Assembly (NCBI GenBank): GCA_951406725.2
Contig: OX597815.1
Span: forward strand, 41,478,001-41,542,000
Source of the DNA: Octopus vulgaris
Lineage: Eukaryota
Length of the DNA: 64,000 nt
Reading direction: 5' to 3'
The notes beneath the pieces are model-generated. The model saw only the letters and a list, made by a program, of their open reading frames with translations. It had not been told where the DNA came from and did no database searches. Made by a program: the position numbers and the translations under genes. This document shows, in pieces, positions 38,967 through 52,467 of this stretch (the stretch's first letter is position 1; each line of letters begins with the position of its first letter).

Positions 38967-41061
38967 ATTGAAGACAAAAACTTGAGAATAGATGGAACAA
39001 AAATCTTAACTTGCAATTCCTTATTAACATTGGAAAATTCACTTTTATCACCATCATGTATGACCCCATACACATATCTACCATCTTTGAAATATGGTGT
39101 TTTTATTCCCTACCAGAGTAGAAAGTGTTGACTAGTAAAAGATCCCCACCAGACTCAGTATTTTTTACCAACAGAACATAGCTCTTCTTTAATTTCCATT
39201 TCTTGTTGTTGAATCACCAGAAAACTTCCTGGATAAACCTAAACTGAATTCTAACCAAGCTGTAGCTGTGTGTGTGTGTGTGTGTGTGTGTAAAACAATT
39301 GATTATTGATGATTATATAAATGTAAATGATTACATAAATGTAAACATTGATTCCTAGATACAGGATCAAAAATTTGAGTATCAATCCAAGTACTTAACT
39401 GGATCCTATTTTATTGCTCCTGGAAGGATGGAAATGTAATCAACCTGGACAGGATTTGATCCTCATCCATAAAGGGTTGTAACAAAATGTCAGAAATCCT
39501 TTTATCTGGTGGTCTAATGATTCTACCAACGAGAAAAATTATTGAAAACAAGCAAAAAAATTTTTAATCTGAATCATCTTTTTACTTTTCTAAAAATGAC
39601 TTCTTTAGTTCTCACTGATTTTGGGGTTCCTTGTATAACTACTAATTTCCTGTCAGTCTCTTATCAACTCATAACATTTGCACATTAAACATTTTATCAC
39701 CACTTTGATGAATTGCATTATTGCAAGGATAATAGGTTGCAAATTTCCAACTATAGTGTTACTTTACTAAAGTTTTTACACATTCATTGAAACATTCCAA
39801 GGTTAAATAAACAAACAGCTTGTAACAGTAAAAACTCTAATTCAAGAATGGGATATATCAGTGTCAGAGATGTTTAAACACTTTGTATATCAATGTACAA
39901 GACTTATACTATAATGTAAATACCTATTCCATTGATAGATAAATGCTGATATTGAAATACACTACTTCATTTAATACTATGATAATCAATTTTTCATTCT
40001 TTTGGTATGTCTGTGAGATTTTTTAAAGGTCTCTTAGATGAAGTTATTAATATTTTAATTTATTTAACCTTTGTAACTTGTACAGTATTTTTTTAAAAAT
40101 TCAGACATAATACTTTTAAAACACTACCATTAAATGGTAACTTGCTCTCAATTGTCAAGTCACTTCAATTGTTTAGCTAAGACATACTTTTTAAGATATA
40201 GTTATTAAATACTTATATTACGACAGTAGCAGAGTATGACAATGTATCATATTGCTTTATACTAATAATGGTAGCATTGTGTTGAACATGATAATTCAAC
40301 AGTTAACAGACCAATTTCAAGGACATTGAGATTCAGAATGTTAACTCTTTATTTGATAATGATATATTTTATGTAAGATTCTATAGAGGGGGTTGAGCTA
40401 AATGCTTAAGCTGGGAACTTTTAATATGATATGAAAATGATTTCAGACAATATATTAATATATTTTCAGGATTTTCCTTTTGTGTGTGTGAATTAGATAT
40501 ATAGATTTTACTTTTTATAGATAGCGCCGAAGTCAATGATGGCTGTTTGAGGTGTGGCTGTATCTAATTGAAAGTGATATCTGATATCCTGTCAGTATTT
40601 ATAGATATGGGTGTAACAAGGATGTTGACTGAGGGGTTTCTCAATGAACATGGATCCACCATTATCTGTCTATATTACCTTTCTGTGTACGTACATAACC
40701 CCACAGTATAGGGAGTGGTTCATCTTGAATCCTACTGCCTAGATTTATTTGTGTGTGTACATGTCTGTCCACATATATGCACATATTCAGAGTCCACCAA
40801 ACAAATTTATGCACACTTCAGGAAAGGAAAAATCTGTATAAATATTTAACTTGAATTAGTACCCCTATAAATATAGATACCCCTTTTGATGTTTTATCAA
40901 ATTGTGATAGCACTGAATAAATTGCAATAACACTGCATTAAAATATTTTTACAGATTTTTTTCCTTTCTTGAAGTGTGAATACATTCTTTTAGTGGGCTG
41001 TCTGTCTGTCTGTGTGTGTGTGTGTATAAATATATATACACAGCCGGTCCACCAAAACACA

Positions 41062-42290
41062 CATCATTATCATCATCATTTAGCATCGTATTCCATACTG
41101 GCATGTGTGAGACATTTTGACATGAACCAACATATCACAGGATTATGTCAAGCTTGAATGTTTGCTTTTGGCATTGCTTCTATGACCAGATGCCATTCCA
41201 AGCGCCAGTCACTTTACTGAATGTACTGAGTGCTCTTTCATGTCTCCAGCACTTGTGATGATGCCAAGTAGCTCACAAGACAAGACCCCTTGATTGAGGG
41301 TTGTGTAGTTTTGATGGAGATAGCTTATGCCAGGTGTTTTGCTTATGCCAGGTGTTTTGCTGGGAAAGGAGAGAAGGTCGTGGTGATGAGATGAGATTTC
41401 AGGACATACTCTTAAAGTGCAAGAGAGTAAATGTGAGGTGGGTAGGAACAGAGCATCAGTTAAGCTTGCAAAGGTGTGAGGTGAGCAATAGATGGTTAGA
41501 GGTAGGGAATATAGAGTTATAGATAATGTACTGAATAACAAACAAGGGTGGGGGCATGATCAATGCTGAATATCAGTTTGGAGGAGAGGTGAAGGAAATA
41601 GGAATAGGTTAGGAAGAAGTGATACATAGCAGTGCAAAAAGGGAGAGAGGGAGGTGTACTGAGTGACAAGGGGAAGATTAGAGATATTTATGAGTAAATA
41701 CAAAGTGATGCCCAAGATTGAGTGGGTGGGGGTGAGTGATGGTTAGTAGATGGTATTCATAGTGGTACAAAACCATAATGAGAATGTCCATTTTTCCATG
41801 CTTGCATGGGTTGTCATGGTTTATTGAGGTATAATGAAAATGGACATAATGAGAAATAGGTATTTGGGGAGGTAGCTCCAAGGAGAAGGGAAACTGGTAG
41901 CTCAAAATTGTTGGGGATGAAATATGTGCATCTTTAGTATTGTGGTTAGAAGAGTGATGGGGGAGCTAGGTGTTGGAAAGATAATAACAGGACCCTGGTA
42001 CTTTGAGAGAAATGGCATGTGTATGAATCTGTATGATGTGTACCTATATAACAAGTTTTTCAAAACCCCTTTTCCTGAACTTACGTAGAGTAGTAATGTA
42101 GTGGCTGGTTAAAAGAAAAAATGTGAATTGGTTAATAGGTGGAGACCAGAGAGAAAAGAAGAAATGATCTCAATGAATAAGGGGTGTAGGTCGTGGATGA
42201 GAGGAGTGAGAGAGTTGGTTAGTGCAAGAAGTATGAGAGTTACTTAAGGAAAAAAAATTATTAGTGATAAGGAGAATGGCTGGCAATGAA
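41062..42290 (-). mobile_element. Long purine-rich (pyrimidine-rich on minus) retroelement with family C tail
   Basis: CATCATCATTTAGCATC..TTCCATACTGGCATG..CCAGATGCCATTCC..CACTTTAC tail, then an about 1-kb G/A-rich body mirroring the architecture of 33830-34740. Confidence 0.55.
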
Positions 42291-42304
42291 GTATGAGTTA
42301 ACCA

Positions 42305-42572
42305 ATTGTTTATGAGTTGTGATTGCTAAACAGAGGCTGAAAGAAACCTGTTCCTTATCTGTCTATGTGTGCATGTATCTATTTGTCTTGACGTAACATG
42401 ATGGTTCTAAACAAGCATCACCATCATACAAGAGATGTTTGGTTTGAGTCTTCCATAAAAAGCATGCATGACCATGGGAAAAAAATATCTTGCTTGGAAA
42501 CAGGTAGGGTTGGCAACATCTACCCATAGAAAATGTGCCTCAACAAATTTCATTTGACCCATGCAAGCATGT
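42305..42572 (+). mobile_element. SINE A-body/module B hybrid, truncated by a Helitron-like insertion
   Basis: CTGAAAGAAACC..AAACAAGCATCACCATCATAC..CTTGCTTGGAAACAGGT..GACCCATGCAAGCATG. Confidence 0.7.
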
Positions 42573-42588
42573 ATAACATATATATATA

Positions 42589-42780
42589 TCTTATATAAAA
42601 TCCGTTCTGTCTGTCTGTGTGTGTGTCTTCTTGGATCTCGGGCATCCTCCATCCGATTGCACTCAAATTTGATATGTAGATACTGACGGTATCAGGGCAT
42701 GTATAAGTCTTAAATAATTACAAAAATTGATTCCAGGTGAGAATGCGATCGATAAAGGCATTTTGACAACTCAGCACCAT
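42589..42780 (+). mobile_element. Non-autonomous Helitron-like 5' fragment
   Basis: Starts TCTTATATAAA after (TA)n, then TCTGTCTGTCTGTG and CATCCGATT..AAATTTG, the same architecture as the 54619 element; no 3' end seen. Confidence 0.55.
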
Positions 42781-43333
42781 TGGACGGGGGGGGGGGGGGA
42801 TTTACTCATATATATATATATAGTAGTATAACTGCTATAATAAGGATTAGGTAATATTTCTACTTAGAGTGAAATATCTAAAATGCCTGGTGTTTTGGAT
42901 TTGTAACTGTTCTTGTGATCATCATCAATGTGTCTGGTACATCCTAGCAATTAAGTCAGTTTGCTTGAGATCCTATTGAATCTTTAGTTTTTCAGATTAA
43001 AATGCAATAAAATATAGTCCACTCATTTTTACTGAAATTCCTCGAAACATTATGTAATGAAATCAGGACTAAACATTAACAATTTCCCAATGATATGCAT
43101 TTATGTGATTTCCTGAAGCACTGCAAAGAAGAAAAGCCTTATTTAATCCCCCACTTGTGGCTAGCAGTGAACTCACTAAGGAGATTATATACACAACTTT
43201 GCTTATTTGTACATGACCTAAACTGGTGTAATGTACCATTCTATTGCATTTAGTGTTCTCACTGCTCACCAGACAGGCCACAGAGAGTGAAACTGTCAAG
43301 TTTTTTATTCTAGGTCAGCATGCACAGTTGTTA

Positions 43334-43335
<2 letters not shown>

Positions 43336-43402
<67 letters not shown>
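43336..43402. repeat. Compound (CT)n(AT)n microsatellite
   Basis: Directly visible. Confidence 0.95.
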
Positions 43403-43405
<3 letters not shown>

Positions 43406-45189
43406 CTTGTTTTATAGGATACACAGTGTGTGTGTAAGTTCATATGCTTTCTCAAACTCAGGCCGTGTCCTATCCAGTGTATTATGCTTCATTCATTTCT
43501 CTCCAGCATTTGCAGATCTAACATGATCAATGTGTCTCATTACCATGTAAACATCCAATTCCTTACATGTGATTCATAAAATCTGTTTTATAGAGATCAT
43601 GAAAAACCTTTTGTGCCTACAGAGGTAACAAACACCTCCCTAGATTTCTTTCACCTCTTCCTTAAAGATTAATAATTCTGTAGTCTTCTCTGTTAACTTT
43701 TTATTCTTTTAGACTCTGAACTATTCTTGAAAGTTTGAAGAATGCAAAGTAGAATTGTCTTTTCTTGTTGTCATACTAGTAGTATGAGAACTACATCTTA
43801 TCCAAACTAACCTTATACTCTTCTTTTAAGCACTTTCAGGAATATTCCTAAGATTTGTTCTAAACGCTTGTAGAACTCTAAAATGTCTTTAGTGTATCTC
43901 TTTTTACTACTACATCATAATACTGTTTGTGTATCAGTATTATTGGTAACTAAATAACAGAGTACCTACAAAGCTTGATGCTTTTAGCATTTGACAGTTA
44001 CCCTGGTTGAACCTACTATTTTTCCATAATATATGCTCATAATCTTGTCTGAATTAAGTTCTATAACTTGCCTTTATTGCTAATTCCTCTTCAATAGGTT
44101 TTTCACTCCCTATCCCCCATCTTATTCCTTATTCAGTATTTCATAGTAATACATCCATGATTCTTTGTTTTGCTTGGGGGCAAGTACTCTTATTTCTGGC
44201 ATACTTTACTTTTCAGGAACAACCTCATTCATCAAACACTCTGCATTACCATTCATGATTCTTAATATCTCTCATAATACTTAAAACATTTTATCCTTAT
44301 AGTGCTGAACCTTAAAAAGCCTCTTGCTCTCAATTTCTTTTCCAGCTAAGTAAATCTGTAGTCTTACTTCCTGTCTAAGCTGTTGATAATGCTCTTTGCT
44401 AGACTTTCTTCTCTATTTCAGCCAGATTATAATTAGATAAGAGAATGATTGGAGTAATGTTATTCTTATATCCATTTTAGTAACCATTCTAATACTTCCA
44501 AGATCTCTATGACTTCCTTTGCTTTCTCATGCATTAATTTCTCAACTCACTATTTCCACAATAATCCCTAGAGTTGCTGCATATGTTGGATTCACAGAGA
44601 ACAGGTTTTTCATGTCTTGTCTTTATTGAAGAACTTCTTGGTAACATTTCAATACTTTTTTTTTTTCTGAAGGAAATACCTTTGAAATGACTTGAGTTCA
44701 TTTTGAAAACACCCCAGTCTAACAGATGTGTCTGCTTCCTTAAAACATTGGAGAACTTCATCCCAGATGGATTTACAATTTCAAACATTGTTAGTTAATT
44801 GCAGACAAGTTCTTTTCTAAAGTTGATTCCTTTTCTTCCACATCTGTTAGCCATTCTTGCTGTTATTTTGTCATTGTATTATTTAAATGTAATTTTTAGG
44901 TGGCAAAATTTTGTTGTTATAACTTTTTCTCTTGTACAGTAGCTTTATAATAATAAAACTAGAAAAATATCCTGAAAATTTTTTCTTTTATATTTATGTG
45001 CATTCTTAGTATTTTCTCAACTATTTCTTGAGTATAAGATATATGCATTCATGGCCCAACATTGGTTACTGTTTCAAAAAATTCAATGGTCAGCTTGTGA
45101 ATTTTGTTTGATACGACTCCTTATATTCCAGTATCTTGCAAGGTGGTCATCAAATATTATTTTAGAATCAGCCCAATGAATAAAATATT

Positions 45190-45405
45190 GCCTTCAAGTT
45201 TTAACACAAGACCAGCAATTTCAGGGGAGTGATAAGTTAATTGAATTGACACCAGTACTCAACTGGTACTTATTTTATCAACCCTGAAAGGATAAAAGGT
45301 AAAGCCAACCTCGGTAGAATTTGAACTCAGAATGTAAAGACAGGCAATGAAATGCTGCTAAGCATTTTGCCTGGCTAGCCAACAATTCTTACCAGTTCAC
45401 CACTG
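45190..45405 (-). mobile_element. tRNA-SINE family D
   Basis: AACTGGTACTTATTTTATCAACCCTGAAAGGATAAAAGG..GAATTTGAACTCAGAATG. Confidence 0.8.
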
Positions 45406-45483
45406 TAGTGAATAAAATATTGCAAGAGAATTGTTGATAGAAAATAGTCACATTAGGATACTGGATTTATTCAGTAAAAAAAA

Positions 45484-45780
45484 AAGCTTTGTGAATAGGT
45501 TTTGGTAGACAGAAACTGAAAGAAGCCTGCTGTGTGTGTGTGTGTGTGTACATTTGTGACTCCTTGTCTTGACACCATGAGATTGTTGTAAATGAATGTT
45601 ATTCAATTCTAATATTCTATGAAGCCATTTTCTGGGCATGGGTAAATATTACCTTGCTTGGAAACAGGTGAAATGTGGCAATAGGTAGGGCATTTAGCCA
45701 TAGAAAATCTGCTTCAATAAACCCTGTCCAACCCATGCAAGCATGGAAAAGTGGATATCAGAATGATATGCTTTTTGATG
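45484..45780 (+). mobile_element. SINE A-body/module B hybrid, 5'-truncated
   Basis: TTTGGTAGACAGAAACTGAAAGAAGCC (family A body), then module B ending CCATGCAAGCATGGAAAAGTGGA. Confidence 0.75.
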
Positions 45781-48540
45781 TTACCTCTCTTTGTAGATCT
45801 ATGAAGCTGGTGTTTCGTTTCAGATTTAAGTATCAATTTTCCCAGTGTGTCTTATAATCCATAGGGTCAACCATTTTGTTTTCTGGACACTGTATAAAGA
45901 ATTTGTTATAGTAGAGTCCAACCTCTCTTTAAGGAATCAATTGTACTAGTCTGTGTATATAGTCCAAGATTTGGATTCCAACAACTCAGTACTCTCTTGT
46001 CATCAGCTCAATACCCTGTTGATTCAATCATCTTTTGTTATCCATTTATCTACATAGGATTTCTATATCAGAAGCATGTATTCTTGATAGGTAAACTGAG
46101 ATAGAAGGAACAAAATACTGACAGGGTGAAGATTTATACTCTTCTAGAGCAGGTTTATATAAATCTTCTAGAGAAGATCTATATTCTTCTCCCCTCTATT
46201 ATTTTGCTTCTCTTAAAGGAATGACCGAGTAAATAAACTACTTTCAAATATCAATAAATGCTGCTATTATAGTTTTAAATTTTCCATTGTATAAAAGGCC
46301 AAATTCATTGTATATGATATTGCTAAGTGTGTAGTTAACTTAAGTTTCATTACTACCTCGTTTAAAAAAAACAATATAGTTAATTGATTAGAAATACAGC
46401 AAGTTTCAAGAAAAAAAAATTGATCTAGGAAATTAAAAGGACTTTTGGGATTTTTCAAGGCAGGATAAATTGAGATGTTATATTGCCAATACTTACAAAA
46501 CATTGAAATTAAAATAGTTAAAAGTACCCAAGAAGGTGATAAATTCTTTGTGCCTAGTAAGGAAAGTATTGCTGTAGTTATTTTGATGTTTGGTTTCTCT
46601 GATAGCATTTAGATACATGCTGAAGTTTTGTATATTAAATTATTTTCTAGTTTTTTTTTCATAAGTAATCTTCTTTTCCAATGAAATATTTCAAAGCTAT
46701 CATATACTAACTTATACAAACTTGGTATTTTCAGTTTTACTTCGGTAAATCCTAGTTTTCAGTTCAGCACTAGAGAATATTATTTCCACTTCTCAGTGTC
46801 TATTTGTTATAGTCTACAATCTCTGTGTATGTGTGTGTGGTTCATGCTGGCATCTCCCTCTTTCACAAGCAGCTGGACTGGAAATATGTCAAAAGAGGTC
46901 ATTTAAACTAACATGATGCACCAGTTGACTGACTGGAATAGAAAACTGCTGAAATGAGTATCCATCATTAAATGGGGAAAAAATATAGAATAACATTATC
47001 TTGATGCGCACAATGACCACCAGAGGGAGGAAAAGTTCAAACAGTTTACCAACAAAAGTATTTAGGACAAGTTTCTATTTTTATTTTAGTTTTTCAAAGT
47101 TCTTGGATTTACAACTTTATATCTTAATGTTTTTTTTTTATTATGGTTGAGATATTTACATGTGATAATATTTATTTATTAAAACAGGCTAAACTAATAT
47201 CTCTATTGCTAAAATGTTGGAACAGTTATCAAGTGAAAAGTCTGTGATGGTTTCTTGTGAAAAAAAAAAGTACCAGATACATTGTAAAGTGCTTTTTGTG
47301 TTACAAACAGCTAGTAGCTTTAACCATCAGCTTGTCTAGACTTAGGATAATATTTCAAATTCTCAATCAATTTCAAGAATGTTTATTTTGAAATTTAACA
47401 ATGCAATATTCTGGAAGTAGTGTATGTATTTTTGGTCAGGGACAAGGAACCTTTGTCACATTGTTCCATGTAAATATTATATTGTGTCATTTGTTAGCAG
47501 TTTCTTTTAACATAGTGGAGTTGGAAAAAATGTTAACTTAATGTTTATCATTGTTGCCAATCGGTTCTGTAGATTAATTGGAATAAACACTAGTTGGTTT
47601 GGCAATTTACCAGCAGGCATAGATAATTCTTGCTACTATTTAGAAAAGTAGTACTAATGTTTAAAAAGAGACCATGCCAAGAAAAAAGAAAAGAGAAGAC
47701 AAGGCAACAGTTCTGTCGTAACATTCCTTCTGGCCTCCCCCATAATTTGTTCAGGTGGTTACTCTTAGGATATTGTGGTTTGAAGAGCAAGACCCTTGTA
47801 TTTTATTAAATGGTGATCATAATAAATAAGAATGACCTACTAATGAATTCTCAAACAGATACTATTTTTATCTGAAATAGTTGAAACATTTATTCTTCAA
47901 AGGTTTATATCGTGGCATTTTAATGAGAACTTGTTAAAAAAAACAAATTGCCTTTTCTTTTATATATGATTTTCATTTCGGATTTATACATACATACACA
48001 TATGTGTGCGCGCACACACACACACACACACATATATATAAAATAGTATGTATAAACTAACTACTTGTTAAAGTAAGAACAATAGATTATTTGATGCAAG
48101 TTCATTTTGAGAAGTTCTTTAGAAGTAAACAAATTTAATGAATGAAAATACTATAATTCTCTTGTATATAACACACAAAACAGGTTCTATGTGATTGCTT
48201 TTAATGGGTGCTATCTAACAAAGCTATGACTCATTAGATGTCTGAGATGTCGGTAATATCATTTTCTAAATTATTAATCTAATCTTTAGAAAGGGTATTC
48301 ACATTTTGATTGGTCCAGTTCCCCACTCTTCCTAAAGTGTCTTATTCCTAAATTTATACATGTTTTAGTGCAGAGGTACCCAAACTAACAAATAGCCACC
48401 CCCAACTATTTGTGAGTTTTTTGCTCCATTACCTGTTTACTAATTAAACAAAATAGTTTGCATCCTTATAATTCTTCTTCTTATAGAAATACTGATCTAG
48501 TGAATAAGGACATAACGATACTTGGTTTAGAAATAAATGT

Positions 48541-49220
48541 TCATCTCATCTCATCTTCTTCACCCACTTAATCCTGGGAGGGTTGTGGGAGCAGAGTCCT
48601 GAAATAAGCTTCCCATCAGATCCCCTCAGAAGCAACCATCTCCAATTGATCCACCTGGATCACAAAATGAGACCAACCAAGCTCATGGATGTTATCCAAC
48701 CACTTTGGTTGAAGTCTACCCCTGAATCTTCTGTCAGTTGGTTTTTCCTGTAAGACCTGTCCAGCAATTTTTTTTTTTAAGAAACATCCTTACCACATGT
48801 CCATAGTATTGAAGCTGTAAGCTCTCAATTCACAGAAATAGCAACTCTATCTGGAGCACCCCTCTGGTCTCTGAGCTACACATTCTATCAAGTAACATTA
48901 TTCCAAAGGCCCCATCTCAGCTGTTTGTATTCACAGTCATATTCTTCTGGCCATTACACAAGACCCATGACCATAGAGAAGGGTAGGTTTCCTTCCTCTA
49001 ATGATCAGATGTTGAAACTGACACCTTACAACACCATCTCCTGCAATTTTGGTGCTTAATTCAGCCTCCTACCATCCATCATTTGTGAAAATGATCCTGA
49101 GATACATGAACATTTCACCTACTTCAATGGAACTCCGTTCACATGTAGAGAGCATTGCACAGGCTTCTTTGAGGAGACAAGTGTCTCAGTTTTAACAGCA
49201 CTGGTTTTCATTCTTGCCAA
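48541..49220 (-). pseudogene. RTE-clade (Rex3/Expander-like) LINE 3' fragment with decayed reverse-transcriptase C-terminal region
   Basis: Minus-strand segments translate MKTSAVKTETLVSSKKPVQCSLHVNGVPLK, PTLLYGHGSCVM..IQTAEMG, IESLQLQYYGHVVRM and PTDRRFRGRLQPKWLDNI, all RTE-type motifs; has stops and frameshifts; (GATGA)n tail. Confidence 0.85.
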
Positions 49221-49367
49221 GGAAGAAATAAATGTTTATTGTCCAAATTCAGTTATCCTTTCTTAGATTACAGAAGTTTATGTGAAGAATTATTAAAATA
49301 ACTGTCATTTTAAATACCAAGATAAATGAGATCAATATATCAATCGATGGTTCACTTTAAATAATGA

Positions 49368-49763
49368 TTACTCTTACTCTTTACTCTTTTACTTGTTTCA
49401 GTCATTTGACTGTGGCCATGCTGGAGCAATGCCTTTAGTCAAGCAAATCGACCCCAGGACTTATTGTTTGTAAGCCTAGTACTTATTCTATCGGTCTCTT
49501 TTGCCGAACTGCTAATTTACGGGGACGTAAACACACCAGCATCAGTTGTCAAGCGATGTTGGGGGGGGGGGGGGACAGACACAGACACACAAACATACAC
49601 ACTCACACACATATATACATATATACGATGGGCTTTCAGTTTCTGTCTACCAAATCCACTCACAAGGCTTTGGTTAGCCCCAGGCTATAGTAGAAGACAC
49701 TTGCCCAAGGAACCCAGAACCATGTGGTTGGTAAGCAAGCTAGTTACCACACAGCCACTCCTA
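49368..49763 (-). mobile_element. tRNA-SINE family A, young copy
   Basis: Near-identical to 23901-24310; tail of (GAGTAA..)n repeats. Confidence 0.92.
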
Positions 49764-49835
49764 TGTGATTGATGAAATGATTTCTAGATTTATCAACTTT
49801 TTTTATATTGATTCATCTAAATTAATACCATATTT

Positions 49836-49924
49836 CAGTTCTATATTTAAGAGATGAGGAATTATTTACATTATTTACATTTGACAGATATGAGGACAAA
49901 TATGCGTCAAATATAAATAATGTG
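49836..49924. mobile_element. Short insertion with internal inversion and 12-bp TSD (Penelope-like?)
   Basis: AATACCATATTT at 49824-49835 and 49925-49936; internal imperfect hairpin CATTATTTACATTTGACAGATAT / ATATGCGTCAAATATAAATAATG. Confidence 0.6.
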
Positions 49925-50977
49925 AATACCATATTTGTTTTCTTTTTTATTTATTTATTTTCATTCTTCATGCAAATATGGTTTAACTGGTTTCTGAAAA
50001 TTCAAACACTTATTTGGATATTTGGAGCCAGCAGGTCAGTCAGAATTCTGCCCTCTGTTGATTCAGCCATGCGTGACTGGTCTTCTATGTTTTATGTAAT
50101 AATCAATGCAGTAGTAGCAGCAGAGCCTTATGTAAATATTGAAGCTGATATAAAAGTTTGTTTTAAAATTTAAATATTTAATTTAACAAAGTTTTATGTG
50201 AAAACAGTAAACTTTTTAGGTTTGGGATATTATTTGATTTAAAAAGCAGTGTAGATGTTACTGGAGTGAAAGTATCACCAGTCTATTAGAATGTAACCAT
50301 TGCTGTTATTTAATGTTTCAGAATAAGATCTATTGGGATTGGGCAAAAATTTACAGAATGCTCTAACATTTTTGAATTGGGTTCTTTATGACTGATGGGA
50401 AAGTTATAAATTCAATGAATGAATGTGTTGTACTGTTTGTCAGTTTACCAACTTAGTGCTATGGCTTGGATTTCTTTTCTTATAAGGGAAGGGAGATATA
50501 AATTACAGCTGCAGTCTTAGTAAATTACTTTCAAGATTTGAACTCAGCAGTAAAGCTATCATAAGGCATCTAGTTCAGCTATCTCTTCACTCCACTAATT
50601 TAGCCTTATATGATAATGTTATTGCTCATTTTAAGTTGCTTTATAAATAATACAAGATGTATACAATTTCTTTGAAGCTTTATGATAATTATGAATTTCA
50701 GTGTTCTAGGTTTAAATGTTTTATGTTTTTTTTTTATTTCATTCTTATTCGAAAGATATTTGAAATGAAATATATATGTGATATATTATACACCTCACTG
50801 CTTGTCAAGTTTTAAATATATCCCAGAATACTTTACTTCCTCGTACATAATGAAGTTTGTGAAACATTTTTTTGTTGCTAGTACAAAAGTTAATTACCTA
50901 TTTGTTTTCCTGATTAAAAAATATGATAGAGGATTTTAGTTTATGATACAACAATAACTTTGGATAAAGAAGTAGAC

Positions 50978-51228
50978 CAGGGTTCTCTCGTATTTTTTGC
51001 CTGTGGATCCCTTTGATTCTTATTTTACTCTACAGGATCCTCCTAGCTATTCAGTGTTTTTAAAAAATCGTATATTTTTATAATCAAATATTATTAGGAA
51101 GTGTATAAAAAATTTTTTTTAATATTTTGAGTTTTGTAGAAGTGAGCCAATTTATAGCACATTAATTTTAACAACAAAATCGTATATAGACCCCTATGTG
51201 TCATATGGATCCTGGTTGAGAACCCCTG
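50978..51228 (+). mobile_element. hAT MITE family H
   Basis: CAGGGTTCTC ... GGTTGAGAACCCCTG; 8-bp TSD AAGTAGAC/AACTAGAC. Confidence 0.85.
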
Positions 51229-52426
51229 AACTAGACTATTAACCACAGGATCACAGTTTCAAAAGTATATAACTCTACTTGTCCCATTTTGTTTACTTGG
51301 CAATAGATTTCTTCCCTGTTTTATTGATGATTGTTTAATAGTAGAAAGAGCATCCATATGAAGGAAAAGTGGGTGGAATGGAATTTAAATAGCATTAATT
51401 ACTTGCTTATTCAGCAGCTTTGTCTTGGCTGCAGTTTATAAGCGAGCATATTAGTCTATTTATACTGTGACAATAACCCAACCTCTTAAATCTGTCAAGT
51501 TGTAATTATGCATTAAAATTTAAAAGTAGTTTACACTTTAACAGTAATAAAACAGATTAAAGTTTTAATAACTGGAAGAATAACTAGAAGGAGATGGTTA
51601 TATTGTTGAAGGTGATGAAAGGAATTTTCCATTTCCTCAACAGATTTACTTCAAGAAAGTTGGATGAGGTTGCTTGATGACTAAAAGAGAAAGTTTTTCA
51701 GTTTGCTCTGTTACATATGTAAGACTTACCGTATATGTATATAGCATGCAAAACACTCCTTTAGGGTGTTTTTCCTCAGCTATATTGTAAATATAATTAG
51801 AATTTTATATATTACTTTACATTATATATTAGCTTAACCTACAGTTGCTTTAATGAATAAAACACATTAAGATGCCTTTTATCAAAATGCAAAGTTTTCC
51901 TGTATTCATGTTTTGAAATATCTTGACAAAAAAAAAATGGGGGGAAGTTCCTTAAAAACAACTCATTTAAATGATAAAGAAGTTAAATATTTTATGCAGC
52001 TAGCTCACAATAAAACAGCTTCCTACTATGAGAAATTGCTACTACTTATGCTCAGTCAGAGATTGTAAGGAGAAGCAAGAGAAAAAAAGGGAACTTGAGG
52101 ATAGGATCGTATTATGAAATCCAATATATGAAATATAGTCTATTACTTTTACTTATTCCATGTGTTCTGTCTGTCCATGTGCTTACTTAACTGTCTCTAA
52201 CTTTCTGCCCATGTGTTCACTGCTTGTATTACAACTTCTGCTTGCTTTACCTCTTTTTTTACACAAGCTGCCCACACATGGATATGCATAGGTGCATAAA
52301 TATTTATAAATATGCTAGGAGTATTTGAATTCAGAATATGAAATAATAAATAAAGCTTAATATCTTTTATATGTATATGATATTGTTATATAATATTTTT
52401 AATATATATTCTTCTTTCATTTTCAG

Positions 52427-52467
52427 GTAAGAAACATCTCTGAAATAGTTAAAATGATGTGTTTACA
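52427..52467 (+). other. Candidate 41-nt micro-exon / recursive-splice-site exon
   Basis: TTCTTCTTTCATTTTCAG|GTAAGA...TTTACA|GTAAGT: strong acceptor and strong donor; frame 0 is open (VRNISEIVKMMCL). Confidence 0.45.

Noticed and set aside
43430-44700. Possible ancient CR1/L2-like LINE remnant on the minus strand
   Set aside because: Only faint motif echoes (e.g. LNSDKIMSIYYG); too decayed to support without a profile search.
49464-49772. ORFs overlapping SINEs (also 15580, 28505, 31909, 57537, 59736)
   Set aside because: Translations of SINE sequence; similar peptides recur wherever the repeat occurs.
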